64,000 nucleotides of DNA from Chloroflexota bacterium (GTDB lineage Bacteria > Chloroflexota > Dehalococcoidia > Lucifugimonadales > UBA3495): assembly GCA_002721995.1 (NCBI GenBank), contig PBMF01000040.1, forward strand, positions 8,382 to 72,381. Direction: 5' to 3'. The position numbers were made by a program, and so were the translations under genes. A model generated the notes under the pieces. It saw only the letters and a list, made by a program, of their open reading frames with translations, was not told the DNA's origin and made no database searches. Each line of letters opens with the position of its first letter. The first letter of the stretch is position 1. Below are positions 40,548-50,336 of this stretch, piece after piece.

Positions 40548-41335
40548 CGTCGGAAATCCCGCCCCGGCAGCCAGCGGTCGCGGAGGGGGAGCAGGACGGC
40601 CAGGGCCACGACCAGCATCACGAGGCTCAGGGCCAGGGCCCGCTCGGGTTGGGCCTCGAGGGCCAGGAAGGTGGCGAGGGGCAGCGTCTGGGTGCGGCCG
40701 GGCAGGTTGCCGGCGAACGTGATGGTGGCGCCGAACTCGCCGATGGCCCGGGCCCAGGCCAGGGCCAGCCCGGCGCCCATGGCTGGCAGTAGCCGGGGGC
40801 GGGTCACCCGCCAGAGCACCAGGCGGGGCGGGGCGCCCAGCGTGGCGGCCACGCCCTCGAGGTCGTCGAGTTCCCGGCGGGAGGCCTGCAGTGCCCCCTC
40901 CACGGCGAGCACGTAGAAGGGGAGTGCCACGAAGGTGGCGGCGACGATGGCGCCGCCGAGCGTGAACGGCAGGGTGAGGCCGAACCAGCGGTCCAGCCAC
41001 TGGCCGACGAGGCCCCGCCGCCCGAGGGCGAACAACAGGGCGGTGCCGCCCACGACGGGCGGGAGCACCATGGGCAGCACGACCAGGGCCCGGACGAGGC
41101 GCCGGCCCGGCAGGTCGACCCGGGCGAGCGCCCAGGCCAGCGGCGTGCCCAGGAGGAGGACGACCGCGGCGGCGACCAGGCTGACGACCAGCGAGACGCG
41201 CAGCGCGTCGAGGACGACTGCGTCGCCCAGAAGGTCGGGGAGTGCCGTCCACGGCATCCGCTGGAGGAGGCCCAGCACCGGCAGGCCGAGCACCAGCACG
41301 GCGACACCGGCCAGCGCCAGCAGGAGGCGCTTCAC
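40544..41335 (-). CDS. modB: Molybdate ABC transporter permease
   Basis: GTG 41335 overlaps the modA TGA (GTGA). The EAA-type loop region ASRRELDDLEGVAATLGA and the motif IGEFGATITFAGN are typical of ModB/CysT-type permeases. Confidence 0.85.
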
Positions 41336-41997
41336 CGGTCGAACCCGTGTGCGTCGAGGATGCCCGCCGCGACGTCCGACGCCAGGAACCCGACGAACCG
41401 CTCGCCGGCCGGGGTGAGTGCGGCGGCCACGTAGCCGACGGAGGCCGGCAGGTCGGCGATCGCTTCGACGCCGTCGCTGGACAGGACGTCCGTGGCGTAG
41501 ACCACGCCGACGTCGGCCTCGCCGAGTGCCAGCCGTGAGACGACGGCACGGACCGACGCCTCCTCGGTGTCCTGGGCGAGGGGGAGGCCCAGCCGGCGGG
41601 TGGCCGCACCGCAGGGGACGGGCTCGGCGCACACGGCCACCCGGAGGTCCGGGACGGCGAGGGCGTCGGGGCCGGTGACGCCGGCGGGGTTGCCAGCCGG
41701 GACGGCGAGGACGAGGCGGTTCGTCGCGAACGGGACGGCCTCGACGCCGGCGGGAAGCAGGTCCGGGTCGGCGGTGAGGAACACGTCGGCCGGGACGCCG
41801 TCGCGGACCTGCGCGGCCAGGTGGCTCGACCCGCCGAACACGAGGGTGCCGGCCTCGCCGCCCCGCTGCTCGTGGGCGCTCGCCAACTCGGGCAGCACGT
41901 CGGTCAGCGACGAGGCGGCGAGGATCGTGGGGCCGGCCGCCGTGCTGCCGCAGGCGGATAGGAGGGTGAGCAGCGTGAGCGCGACGAGGGTCCGCAT
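41332..41997 (-). CDS. modA: Molybdate-binding lipoprotein
   Basis: 221-aa ORF with lipobox LLSAC. ILAASSLTDVL and VFLTAD blocks are typical of ModA. Confidence 0.85.
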   Translation of the reverse strand: MRTLVALTLLTLLSACGSTAAGPTILAASSLTDVLPELASAHEQRGGEAGTLVFGGSSHLAAQVRDGVPADVFLTADPDLLPAGVEAVPFATNRLVLAVPAGNPAGVTGPDALAVPDLRVAVCAEPVPCGAATRRLGLPLAQDTEEASVRAVVSRLALGEADVGVVYATDVLSSDGVEAIADLPASVGYVAAALTPAGERFVGFLASDVAAGILDAHGFDR

Positions 41998-42010
41998 CCC
42001 GGGACCGTGT

Positions 42011-42403
42011 TCAGCGTGGCCGCTCGATGACGACGTTGGTGGCCTTGACCGTCGCGACGGCGAGGACGCCCGGTTCGAGGCCCAGGTCGTCGACGGCCTC
42101 GGCGGAGATCAGCGAGACGATCCGGTGGGGGCCGGCCTGCACCTCGACCTGGGCCATCACTCCGTCGCGCAGGACCCGGGTGACGAGTCCGGTGAGCCGG
42201 TTGCGGGCCGAGAGGGCCGTGCCGGCCGCGTCGGGCGACTCGGCCAGGTCCTGGGCCAGCGCGGCCAGGTCGGTACCGGCCACGAGGCGGTGGCCGCCCT
42301 CGGTGCGGCGGGCGGGAAGCCGCCCGGCGTCCACCCAGCGCCGGACCGTGTCGGTGCTCACCCCCAGCAGGTGCGCCGATTCTCCGATCTTGAACTCGCT
42401 CAT
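42011..42403 (-). CDS. HTH (MerR/excisionase-type) + TOBE/Mop domain molybdate-responsive regulator-like protein
   Basis: 130-aa ORF. N-terminal IGESAHLLGVSTDTVRRWVDAGRL. C-terminal SARNRLTGLVTRVLRDGVMAQVEV...TVKATNVVIE (TOBE). Lies directly upstream of modA. Confidence 0.75.
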   Translation of the reverse strand: MSEFKIGESAHLLGVSTDTVRRWVDAGRLPARRTEGGHRLVAGTDLAALAQDLAESPDAAGTALSARNRLTGLVTRVLRDGVMAQVEVQAGPHRIVSLISAEAVDDLGLEPGVLAVATVKATNVVIERPR

Positions 42404-42455
42404 CTAAGGAAAACTAGAGGAAAAACGTGCACTCGCCAAGAGCTAGGGTCTCGCC

Positions 42456-42806
42456 ATGAGCATTCCGGTGACGACCGACGACCTCGCCACGAACCTCGAG
42501 GAGTACGGCGCTGCCTGCTTCCTGCTGAGCGTCCCGCCGGGGGGTGGCCACCCGAAGGTCGCGCACGTGCCCGTGGTGTGGGACGGGGAGGTGCTGCGCT
42601 GCACCCCGGGCGGCGGTACCCTGCGCAACCTGGGCGAGGGCGCACCCGTCACGCTGGTCTTCCCCGGACCCACGCGCGACTCGCATTCGATGCTCCTGGA
42701 CGGAACGGGCCGGGCGGTCGATGAAGAGACCGCCGAGATCGAGGTGACCGGCGGCGTCCTCCACCGCCCTGCCCCGGACAGCCCCGGCGACGAGGCGCAC
42801 TGCTAG
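42456..42806 (+). CDS. Hypothetical protein (possibly split-barrel/PPOX-like)
   Basis: 116-aa ORF with codon bias consistent with the block, divergent from the mod regulator. No motif I can name. Confidence 0.35.
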   Translation: MSIPVTTDDLATNLEEYGAACFLLSVPPGGGHPKVAHVPVVWDGEVLRCTPGGGTLRNLGEGAPVTLVFPGPTRDSHSMLLDGTGRAVDEETAEIEVTGGVLHRPAPDSPGDEAHC

Positions 42807-42833
42807 CCGGGGATCGACAGGAGGTTCCCGCGC

Positions 42834-43802
42834 CTACTCGTCGGCGACGATGTGGCCGGGCTCGACTTCGGAGTGGACGACGATCTCGGGACCGGTGCCG
42901 GCCGGCCAGACCGGACTTGGGATCTCACCGGTCAGCAGCGGCCGCTCGTTGCGCTGCCTCGGATCGGCGATCGGAACGGCGTCGAGGAGGCGCTTGGTGT
43001 AGGAGTGCGTCGGGTTGCGGAACACCTGCTCGCGGGTGCCGAGTTCGACGACCTGGCCGAGGTACATGACCGCCACCCGGTGGGCGATGCGCTCCACGAC
43101 GGCGAGGTCGTGGCTGATGAACAGGTAGGAGAGGCCGAGTTCCTGCTGGAGTTGGAGCATCAGGTTCATGACTTGGGCCTGCACGGACACGTCGAGGGCC
43201 GAGACGGCCTCGTCGGCGATCACCAGCTTTGGGTTCAGGGAGAGTGCCCTCGCGATGCAGATGCGCTGCCGCTGGCCGCCGGAGAACTGGTGGGGGTAGT
43301 TCTGGATGTGGCGGCGTTCGAGGCCGACCAGCTCGAAGAGTCGGGCCACCCGCTCCTTCAGGTCGTCCCCCTTGGCCAGGCCCTGGATGCGCAGCGGCTC
43401 GCCGACGGCGTCGCCGACGCGGACTCTGGGGTCGAGGCTGGCGAACGGGTCCTGGAAGATGATCTGCATCTTCTGGCGCAACGGGCGCATCGCCCGTGGT
43501 CCCAGGTGCGTGATGTCGGTGCCCTCAAGAAGGATCTGTCCCGAGTCGGCCTCGTGGAGCCGGATGATCAGGTTGGCGAGGGTCGACTTGCCGCAGCCGC
43601 TCTCGCCGACGACCGCCAGCGTCTCGCCCCCGCCGATGTCGAGTGACACGTCGACGACGGCGTGGACCCTGGCGTGGTGGTCGGCCGGGAATGTCTTGGT
43701 GACGTTGCGGACCTCGACGAGCGGGTCGTCGACGGTCGCGATGGCGTCCTCGTGTTCGGCCTGGTTCCGGTCGACGGCGCTGGTGGTCGGCGCACCGCTC
43801 AC
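42834..43802 (-). CDS. Peptide/nickel (Dpp/Opp-type) ABC transporter ATP-binding protein
   Basis: 322-aa ORF with GESGCGKST, FSGGQRQRICIARAL and an oligopeptide-type C-terminal extension. GTG overlaps the upstream TGA. Confidence 0.9.
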   Translation of the reverse strand: MSGAPTTSAVDRNQAEHEDAIATVDDPLVEVRNVTKTFPADHHARVHAVVDVSLDIGGGETLAVVGESGCGKSTLANLIIRLHEADSGQILLEGTDITHLGPRAMRPLRQKMQIIFQDPFASLDPRVRVGDAVGEPLRIQGLAKGDDLKERVARLFELVGLERRHIQNYPHQFSGGQRQRICIARALSLNPKLVIADEAVSALDVSVQAQVMNLMLQLQQELGLSYLFISHDLAVVERIAHRVAVMYLGQVVELGTREQVFRNPTHSYTKRLLDAVPIADPRQRNERPLLTGEIPSPVWPAGTGPEIVVHSEVEPGHIVADE

Positions 43803-44647
43803 GTCAGGCTCCCGGCGAGGTGGAAGGGCTCGGGGGCGTCCTTGCCGGCCATGCTGCCGAGGCGGGGCACGGCGCTGATGAGGGCCTGCGTGTAGGGGTC
43901 CCGGGGCGAGTGGAAGATCTGCTCGGCGTCACCCTGCTCGACCACCCTGGACCGGTTCATGACGACGACTCGGTCGGCGACCTCGGCAACGACGCCCATG
44001 TCGTGGGTGATGAGCATGACGGCGGTGCCGGTCTCGACCTGAAGCTGCTTGATGAGGCCGAGGATCTGTGCCTGGATGGTGACGTCGAGGGCGGTGGTGG
44101 GCTCGTCGGCGATCAGGAGGCGTGGGCCGCAGCACAGGGCGATGGCGATCATGATGCGCTGGCGCATGCCGCCCGACATCTCGTGGGGGTACTGGCCGAT
44201 GCGCTTGTCGGCCTCGGGGATGCGGACCAGGTCGAACATCTCGCGGGCACGGGCGAGCGAGGCCTTCTTGTCGAGGCCCTCGTGGATGCGGAGCGCCTCG
44301 GCGATCTGCTCGCCCACCGGGTAGACGGGGTTGAGGCTGGTCAGCGGCTCCTGGAAGATCATCGAGATGTGGTTGCCGCGGATGCCGCGCATGGCGGCCT
44401 CCTTCTGGCGGCGCAGGTCCAGTACGGAGCCGTCGGCCATCTGGAAGTCGATGGTGCCGCTCTTGATTTCGGCCCGGGTGCCGAGTTCGACGAGGCGCAT
44501 GATGGAGAGCGCCGTGACCGACTTGCCCGAACCGGACTCGCCGACCACGGCCAGCGTCTCGCCGGCGTCGATGTCGAAGCCCACGGTGTCGACGGCGGTG
44601 AAGTCGTCGAACGTGACGGTGAGGTCTCGGACGGAGAGCAGTGCCAT
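43799..44647 (-). CDS. Peptide/nickel (Dpp/Opp-type) ABC transporter ATP-binding protein
   Basis: 282-aa ORF with GESGSGKS and [15 protein letters not shown]. Confidence 0.9.
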   Translation of the reverse strand: MALLSVRDLTVTFDDFTAVDTVGFDIDAGETLAVVGESGSGKSVTALSIMRLVELGTRAEIKSGTIDFQMADGSVLDLRRQKEAAMRGIRGNHISMIFQEPLTSLNPVYPVGEQIAEALRIHEGLDKKASLARAREMFDLVRIPEADKRIGQYPHEMSGGMRQRIMIAIALCCGPRLLIADEPTTALDVTIQAQILGLIKQLQVETGTAVMLITHDMGVVAEVADRVVVMNRSRVVEQGDAEQIFHSPRDPYTQALISAVPRLGSMAGKDAPEPFHLAGSLT

Positions 44648-44663
44648 GGCGTTCCTGTCCTCC

Positions 44664-45539
44664 CTACCGGCCCCGGAGCTTCGGGTTGAAGGCGTCCTGG
44701 AGGCCGTCGCCGATCAGGCTGATCGACAGCACGGTGAAGAAGATGGCGAAGCCGGGGAACGTCACGGTCCACCAGGCCTCGAGGATGTATCCCCGGTTGT
44801 TGCCGATCATCGAACCCCAGCTGATGGCCGACGAGTCGCCGAGGCCGAGGAAGGAGAGGCCCGCCTCGAACAGGATGGCGACGCCGACGGTGAGGGTGGT
44901 CGCAACCAGCAGCGGTGGCATGGCGTTCGGGAGGATGGTGCGCAGCATGAGGCGGAGGTCTCCGGCGCCGACCGAACGGGCGGCCTTCACGAACTCCATC
45001 TCGCGCAGTCTGAGGAACTCCGCTCGGCTGAGGCGGGCGGTCGTCGGCCACGACACCAGGCCGATGGCCAGCGCCACGGTGCGCGATGACGGCTCGAGCA
45101 TGGTGACCAGAACCATGGCGAACAGCAGCGTCGGGAGCGTCTGGAAGAGTTCGGTGAGCCGCATCAGGGCAGCATCGATCCACCGGCCGTAGTAGCCGGC
45201 CAGGCTGCCGATAACGATGCCGATGACCACGCTCATGGCAGCCGCCACGGCGGCGACGGCCAGCGTCGTCCGACCGCCGCCGATGAATCCGGCGAAGACG
45301 TCCCGACCGAGGTAGTCGGAGCCCATTATGGGGCCGTCCGCCTCGCTGGGGCCGAGGAAGGGTCGCACGACCATCTTCTTGGCATTCACCCCGTAGATGG
45401 AGGGTCCGAAGATTGTCATGAAGGTGATGCCGAGGAAAATGACCGCCCCGACCACGGCAGCCTTGTTCCGGAGGAACATCCGGAAGGCGCCGCGCCCTGG
45501 GCTGGCGGACACGTCGATGGCCAGGCCGGTGTCGGTCAT
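44664..45539 (-). CDS. Dpp/Opp-type ABC transporter permease (DppC-like)
   Basis: 291-aa ORF, multi-TM, with EAA-loop context EFVKAARSVGAGDLRLM. Confidence 0.9.
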   Translation of the reverse strand: MTDTGLAIDVSASPGRGAFRMFLRNKAAVVGAVIFLGITFMTIFGPSIYGVNAKKMVVRPFLGPSEADGPIMGSDYLGRDVFAGFIGGGRTTLAVAAVAAAMSVVIGIVIGSLAGYYGRWIDAALMRLTELFQTLPTLLFAMVLVTMLEPSSRTVALAIGLVSWPTTARLSRAEFLRLREMEFVKAARSVGAGDLRLMLRTILPNAMPPLLVATTLTVGVAILFEAGLSFLGLGDSSAISWGSMIGNNRGYILEAWWTVTFPGFAIFFTVLSISLIGDGLQDAFNPKLRGR

Positions 45540-45573
45540 CGGGCGAACCCCCCTTCCGCCTCAGTGGGCGCGC

Positions 45574-46560
45574 TCATCGGGAGCCCCCCACCCGGATGCG
45601 CGGGTCGATGAGGCGGTAGACGAGGTCGGTGATCAGGTTGGCGACGATGACCATCGCCGCCGAGACGAGGAGTAGGCCCAGCATGAGCGGGGTGTCGCGC
45701 CGCAGGATCGACTCGAAGGCCATGCGGCCCAGGCCGGGCCAGTTGAAGACGGTCTCGACGAGGACAGCGCCGGAGAAGAGGGCGCCGAACTGCAGGCCGG
45801 CGAAGGTGACGATGGGGATGAGTGCGTTGCGGAGTGCGTGCTTGTAGACGACCGTGCGCTCGTTGGCGCCCTTGGCCCGTGCGGTGCGGATGTAGTCGGA
45901 CTCGAGCACCTCGAGCATCGAGGCGCGGGCCAGCCGGGAGTAGTAGGCGAGGTAGATGATGGCCAGGGTCACGGCGGGCAGTACGAGGTGCTCGAGGTTG
46001 TCGAGCCGTTCCCCGAACCAGCCGCCCTTGTAGCGCAGGTCCTCCATGCCCGAGACGGGGAGGATCTGGAACTTGGAGGCGAAGAGGATGATGAGCATGA
46101 TCCCGGTCCAGAAGACGGGGAGGGCGTAGCCGACGAGGCTCATGATCGTCACGCCGTGCGAGAAGGGGCTCTCGGGGCGCCGGGCGGTGTAGACGCCGAG
46201 CAGGACGCCGACGGTGAGGGCTAGGGCGAGGGCGCTGCCGGCCAGCAGCAGCGTGGGCCACATGCGGCCCAGGATCACGTCGAGAACCGGCCGCTGGTAG
46301 TGGAAGGACTCGCCCAGGTCCAGTTGGACCACGTTCCAGATGTAGGTGAGGAGCTGGACGACGAGGGGTCGGTCCAGCCCGTAGTCGGCCCGCAGGCGGG
46401 CCAGGTATTCGGGGTCGCCGGAGCCGGTCTGGCTGGCGAGGACGAGGGCGGCGTCGCCCGGGGCCATCTGGATCAGGATGAAGTTCAGGATCACGACTGC
46501 CAGCAGCAGTCCGAATACCTGAACCAGCCTGAGTCCGATGCCCCGGGCGAGCGCCGTCAC
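45574..46560 (-). CDS. Dpp/Opp-type ABC transporter permease (DppB-like)
   Basis: 328-aa ORF. The N-terminal RLVQVFGLLLAVVILNFILIQMAPGD and DYIRTARAKGANE are typical of DppB/OppB. Confidence 0.9.
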   Translation of the reverse strand: MTALARGIGLRLVQVFGLLLAVVILNFILIQMAPGDAALVLASQTGSGDPEYLARLRADYGLDRPLVVQLLTYIWNVVQLDLGESFHYQRPVLDVILGRMWPTLLLAGSALALALTVGVLLGVYTARRPESPFSHGVTIMSLVGYALPVFWTGIMLIILFASKFQILPVSGMEDLRYKGGWFGERLDNLEHLVLPAVTLAIIYLAYYSRLARASMLEVLESDYIRTARAKGANERTVVYKHALRNALIPIVTFAGLQFGALFSGAVLVETVFNWPGLGRMAFESILRRDTPLMLGLLLVSAAMVIVANLITDLVYRLIDPRIRVGGSR

Positions 46561-46595
46561 CTCGTCTTCTCTGGCGGTTCGCTAACCGTGCCGGT

Positions 46596-49544
46596 CTACC
46601 GGTCTAGCCAGGTGTCCATCATGCTCGTCATGAAGCCCCAGGGGCCGTCGGGCACGTTGATCACGTCAGGGTGGCGGCCGAGGTAGATCGGCAGCGTGTT
46701 GATGTAGTACAGCGGGACCTCCTCGGAGGTGATCTCTTGGAACTCGTCGTAGGCGGCCTTGCGCTCGTCGAAGTCGTTCGACTGGGCGGCAGACAGCAGG
46801 AGTTCGTCGACCCGCTCGTTGCAGTACTCCGAGTTGTTGACGAAGTGGCCCTTGATGGCGTTGTCGCACATGTAGATGCGGTGCACGCCGATCACCGGGT
46901 CGCCCCAGTTGAAGTAGGCGTTCATCGTCATGTCCCACGGCTCCGGATCCGGTGCGTAGAACATCCCGGCCCACGACCCGATGTCGGCCGGCTGGTTGAC
47001 GGTCACGGTGATGCCGATCTCGTCCACCGCCTGGGCGATGTACTCGGCCACGTTCTTCTGGTGGGCGTCCGGGCCCGGGATGTAGGTGATCGACAGCTCC
47101 AGCCCGTCGGCGTGGCCGGCCTCGGCCAGCAGCTCGCGTGCCCGATCCAAGTCGACGTCGTATCGCTCGACGTCGGCGTTGTACCACGGGCTGTCGGGGT
47201 GGATGCTCGTCAACTGCTCGCGGGTCTGGCCCATGTGCAGCGTGCCGGTCACGAAGTCCCTGTCGATCGCCAGGGCGATGGCCTGGCGCACCCGCAGGTC
47301 GCTGAGCGCCTCGCTGTTCAGGTTGAACTGCAGCTCGTTGGTCGGGCCGACGCCGAAGGCGTGGTCGTTGTCGAGCACGAGGTCGGCGTTCTCGGCGATG
47401 CGCTGGGCGTTGAGCGGGTTGGCGAAGCCGTAGGCGTCGATCTCGCCGTTCTCCAGCCCCAGGATCGCCGAGTTCTCGTCGGCGACGACGTTGATGATGA
47501 TCTCGTCCAGGTACGGACGGCCCGGGATGAAGAAGTCCTCGTTCTTGGTGAGGTGGATCCGCTCGCCCGAGACGAACTCGGTCAAGGTGAACGGTCCCGA
47601 GCCCACCACGTCGGTGTGGTTCCGCGGGTGCTCCCTGAGCTCCTCGATCGGCGTGCCGTCGTCGAAAATGTGCTTCGGCATGATCGGCAGCAGCACGTCG
47701 GACACCGCCGCGACCAGTGCCGGGTGCGGGTGGTCGAGAGTCAGCACGATGGTGTGCGGGTCCGACGTGTCGAAGCCCGTGATCGGGGCCAGCATCGGCT
47801 TGAACGGGTGGTTGGCTTGGACCGCCTGGATTGAGAAGGCCACGTCCTCGGAGGTGATGGGCTCACCGTCGTGGAAGGTGGCGCCCTCGACCAGGTTGAA
47901 CGTGGCCGTCAGGCCGTCGCCGGAGATGTTCCAGTCGGTGGCCAGGTAAGGATGCGGCGTCCAAGTCGAGTCGAGCGTCACCAGGGAGGCGAACACCTTC
48001 GAGCTCGGGAGGCCGATGCCCACACCCGACTGCATGCCGTGGTTGACGTGGGCGCCGCCCTGCGTGGTCGCGAGGATGAACGTGCCACCCGACTTGGGCT
48101 GCACGATCGCCTCGATGTCGCCGACCTGCTCGCCACCGGCCAGCGGGGCGTACTCGTAGACCACGTTGGCGGTGGAGGCCGCGTAGTCGGTCGAGTCGGT
48201 GTTCTGGATCACGGTGATCTTCGCCGACGAGCAGTCGCCGAAGTCGTCGCACGACATGGAGCCGATGAGGCCCGAGTAGTTCGACACCGAGTGGAGGTGC
48301 TCGCGCACCCCGGCCCGGTCGATCACCAGCGTGCCGTCCTGGTCGTAGGAGGCGGCGTCGATGGCGTCGAGCAGCAGCACGGCGGCGTCGTACGAGTGCG
48401 CCCAGAACGGGGCGGCCGGGGCCTCACCGAACTCGGCCTCGTAGTCGGCCAGCACGTCGGCGGCGGTCGCACCGGTGGACTGGTTGAAGTTCTCGCCGTA
48501 GCGCACGTCGGGACCCGAGAAGTACATGCCCTCGGTCTCGGCCAGCGCCAGGTAGTTGCTGTTGAGCAGGCCGTCGGCTGCCATCATCACGGTGCCTTCG
48601 AGGCCGGCGACGGTCTCGGACTGCTGGATGATGAAGTCGCCTTCGGGCTGGAAGATCGGGAAGAACAGCAACTCGGGGCCGCCGGCGGCGACCTCGGTCA
48701 GGACCGGCACCATGTCGGTGTCGCCCTTGTTGACGGCGGTGAAGCCGGTGAGGGTGCCACCGCCCGCCTCGAAGGCGTCGGCGAAGGCGCGGGCGAGGCC
48801 CTCGGTGTAGGGGTCGCCGTCGTGGATCGCCGCAGCCGACGACACGCCGAGCACCTGCAGGGCGAAGTTGGCCGCGGCCTGGCCCTGGTAGAGGTCGTTG
48901 TGGGCGGTGCGGAAGTAGCCCGCGTGGTAGTTCGGGCCAGCCGTTCCGGCCAGGTCGGAGGTGAGCGCCGGCGACGTGTTCGAGCCCGAGACCATCACCA
49001 TGCCGGCCTCGGAGATCAGCGGGCTGGCAGCGGTCGCCGCGCCGGAGCACGACGTGCCGATCACGCCGATGACGTCCTCGTCGGCGACGATGATCTGCGC
49101 AGCCGCCTGGCCGCCGTCGGCCGAACACAGGTCGTCCATGCCGGTACCGACCTCGACGTCGTGGCCGTCGATCTGACCGTAGTCCTCGACGGCCATGCGG
49201 ATGCCGTTCTCGTTCGGGATGCCCAGGAACGCGACGTCGCCCGAGATCGCGTTCAGCGAGCGGATCTGAATCGCCTCGCCCGGACCGACTTCGACGGTTC
49301 CGAGCGAACCGTCGCCCAGATACTCGCCGGGTGCCATGGTCGTCGTGGTCTCCGGCGCAGCGGTGGTCGTGGTGGTGCTGGCCGGGGCCTGGACGGCCTT
49401 GGTCGTGGTCGGTGCGGCGGTGGTGGTGCTCGCCGCCTTGGTTGTCTCGGGGGCGCTGTCGCTTCCCCCGTCGGAGCCACAGGCACCGGCGATCATCGTG
49501 AGCGCTAGTCCCAGGGCCATCAGTACACGTCGATGTCGACGCAT
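46596..49544 (-). CDS. Lipoprotein fusing a LivJ-like (type I, Peripla_BP_6) domain to a family-5 (SBP_bac_5, DppA/OppA-like) substrate-binding domain
   Basis: 982-aa uninterrupted ORF. Signal and lipobox (IAGAC), then a Thr/Ala/Pro-rich linker. Residues ~75-465 look like a branched-chain-amino-acid binding protein (IRSLNAISGDVAFLGIPNENGIRMAVEDY, VIGVIGTSCSGAA). Residues ~485-982 look like a peptide/nickel SBP (GGTFILATT, ATDWNISGDGLTATFNLVEGATFHDGEPITSEDVAFS). Confidence 0.85.
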   Translation of the reverse strand: MRRHRRVLMALGLALTMIAGACGSDGGSDSAPETTKAASTTTAAPTTTKAVQAPASTTTTTAAPETTTTMAPGEYLGDGSLGTVEVGPGEAIQIRSLNAISGDVAFLGIPNENGIRMAVEDYGQIDGHDVEVGTGMDDLCSADGGQAAAQIIVADEDVIGVIGTSCSGAATAASPLISEAGMVMVSGSNTSPALTSDLAGTAGPNYHAGYFRTAHNDLYQGQAAANFALQVLGVSSAAAIHDGDPYTEGLARAFADAFEAGGGTLTGFTAVNKGDTDMVPVLTEVAAGGPELLFFPIFQPEGDFIIQQSETVAGLEGTVMMAADGLLNSNYLALAETEGMYFSGPDVRYGENFNQSTGATAADVLADYEAEFGEAPAAPFWAHSYDAAVLLLDAIDAASYDQDGTLVIDRAGVREHLHSVSNYSGLIGSMSCDDFGDCSSAKITVIQNTDSTDYAASTANVVYEYAPLAGGEQVGDIEAIVQPKSGGTFILATTQGGAHVNHGMQSGVGIGLPSSKVFASLVTLDSTWTPHPYLATDWNISGDGLTATFNLVEGATFHDGEPITSEDVAFSIQAVQANHPFKPMLAPITGFDTSDPHTIVLTLDHPHPALVAAVSDVLLPIMPKHIFDDGTPIEELREHPRNHTDVVGSGPFTLTEFVSGERIHLTKNEDFFIPGRPYLDEIIINVVADENSAILGLENGEIDAYGFANPLNAQRIAENADLVLDNDHAFGVGPTNELQFNLNSEALSDLRVRQAIALAIDRDFVTGTLHMGQTREQLTSIHPDSPWYNADVERYDVDLDRARELLAEAGHADGLELSITYIPGPDAHQKNVAEYIAQAVDEIGITVTVNQPADIGSWAGMFYAPDPEPWDMTMNAYFNWGDPVIGVHRIYMCDNAIKGHFVNNSEYCNERVDELLLSAAQSNDFDERKAAYDEFQEITSEEVPLYYINTLPIYLGRHPDVINVPDGPWGFMTSMMDTWLDR

Positions 49545-49625
49545 TGATCCCCTCCAAAGTGGTGGTCAGTGGGTTGAGTGATCAGGTTCCGACGGAGCGG
49601 GTGCCCTTCACGGTGGTGTCGAGCC

Positions 49626-49666
49626 GTGACCGGGGTCACGACTTGACAGTACGGTACGGTACCGTA
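49626..49666. promoter_or_regulatory. Two palindromes in the divergent SBP / tetR control region (candidate TetR operators)
   Basis: gtgacc-gg-ggtcac at 49626-49639 and the perfect 12-bp palindrome tacggtaccgta at 49655-49666 (with an adjacent tacgg direct repeat). They lie between the SBP start (49544) and the tetR start (49725). Confidence 0.4.
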
Positions 49667-49724
49667 TTCACTCTGCGTCCACAAGGCCGGGTCCCCTGCC
49701 GGCGAGCCGTTCCGAACCGAGACG

Positions 49725-50336
49725 ATGACCGACTCCCCGACCGAGAACAAGTCGAGCAACGCCGGCCCACCTGAGTCCGATCCGGCCACTGCGGCCATCC
49801 TCGACGCCGCAGCCCTCCTGCTCGCTGAACGGGGCGTCTCCGGCTTCACCTCCGACGCCCTCGCCAAGGCCGCAAGCGTCTCCAAGAGCAGCATCTACTC
49901 GCGGTGGCGCAGCAAGGACGAGATCTTCGTTTCCCTCACCGGGCACGTGGCCGGAGCGGCAACCGTCGCGGACGTTGGCGACCTCGCCGCCGAGCTTCGA
50001 GCCTGGTTCGTCGACCGGCAGAAGGTGTACAACCAGCCGGGCTTCCGACAGGTGATCACGAGCCTGGTCGAGGTCGCCTCCCACGACCCTGTGGTGGACT
50101 CGGAGATGGCCGTCTACCTGCACAACCAGCACACCACGTTCAAGCAGATCGTGCGGCGGGCCCAGGAGCGCGGCGAGGTCGACTCCGGCTGGGACCCCGC
50201 ACTCCTCGAGGAGTACGTCATCGGACCGGTCATGTACCGGGTGCTGCTCGACGACGAACCGCTCGACGACGAGACACTCGACGCCTTCCGGCGGCTGGCC
50301 ATGACCGCACTGCTCGGCACACCGCCTCCTGCGTGA
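49725..50336 (+). CDS. TetR-family transcriptional regulator
   Basis: 203-aa ORF with HTH LDAAALLLAERGVSGFTSDALAKAASVSKSSIYSRWRSKDEIF. Confidence 0.88.
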   Translation: MTDSPTENKSSNAGPPESDPATAAILDAAALLLAERGVSGFTSDALAKAASVSKSSIYSRWRSKDEIFVSLTGHVAGAATVADVGDLAAELRAWFVDRQKVYNQPGFRQVITSLVEVASHDPVVDSEMAVYLHNQHTTFKQIVRRAQERGEVDSGWDPALLEEYVIGPVMYRVLLDDEPLDDETLDAFRRLAMTALLGTPPPA

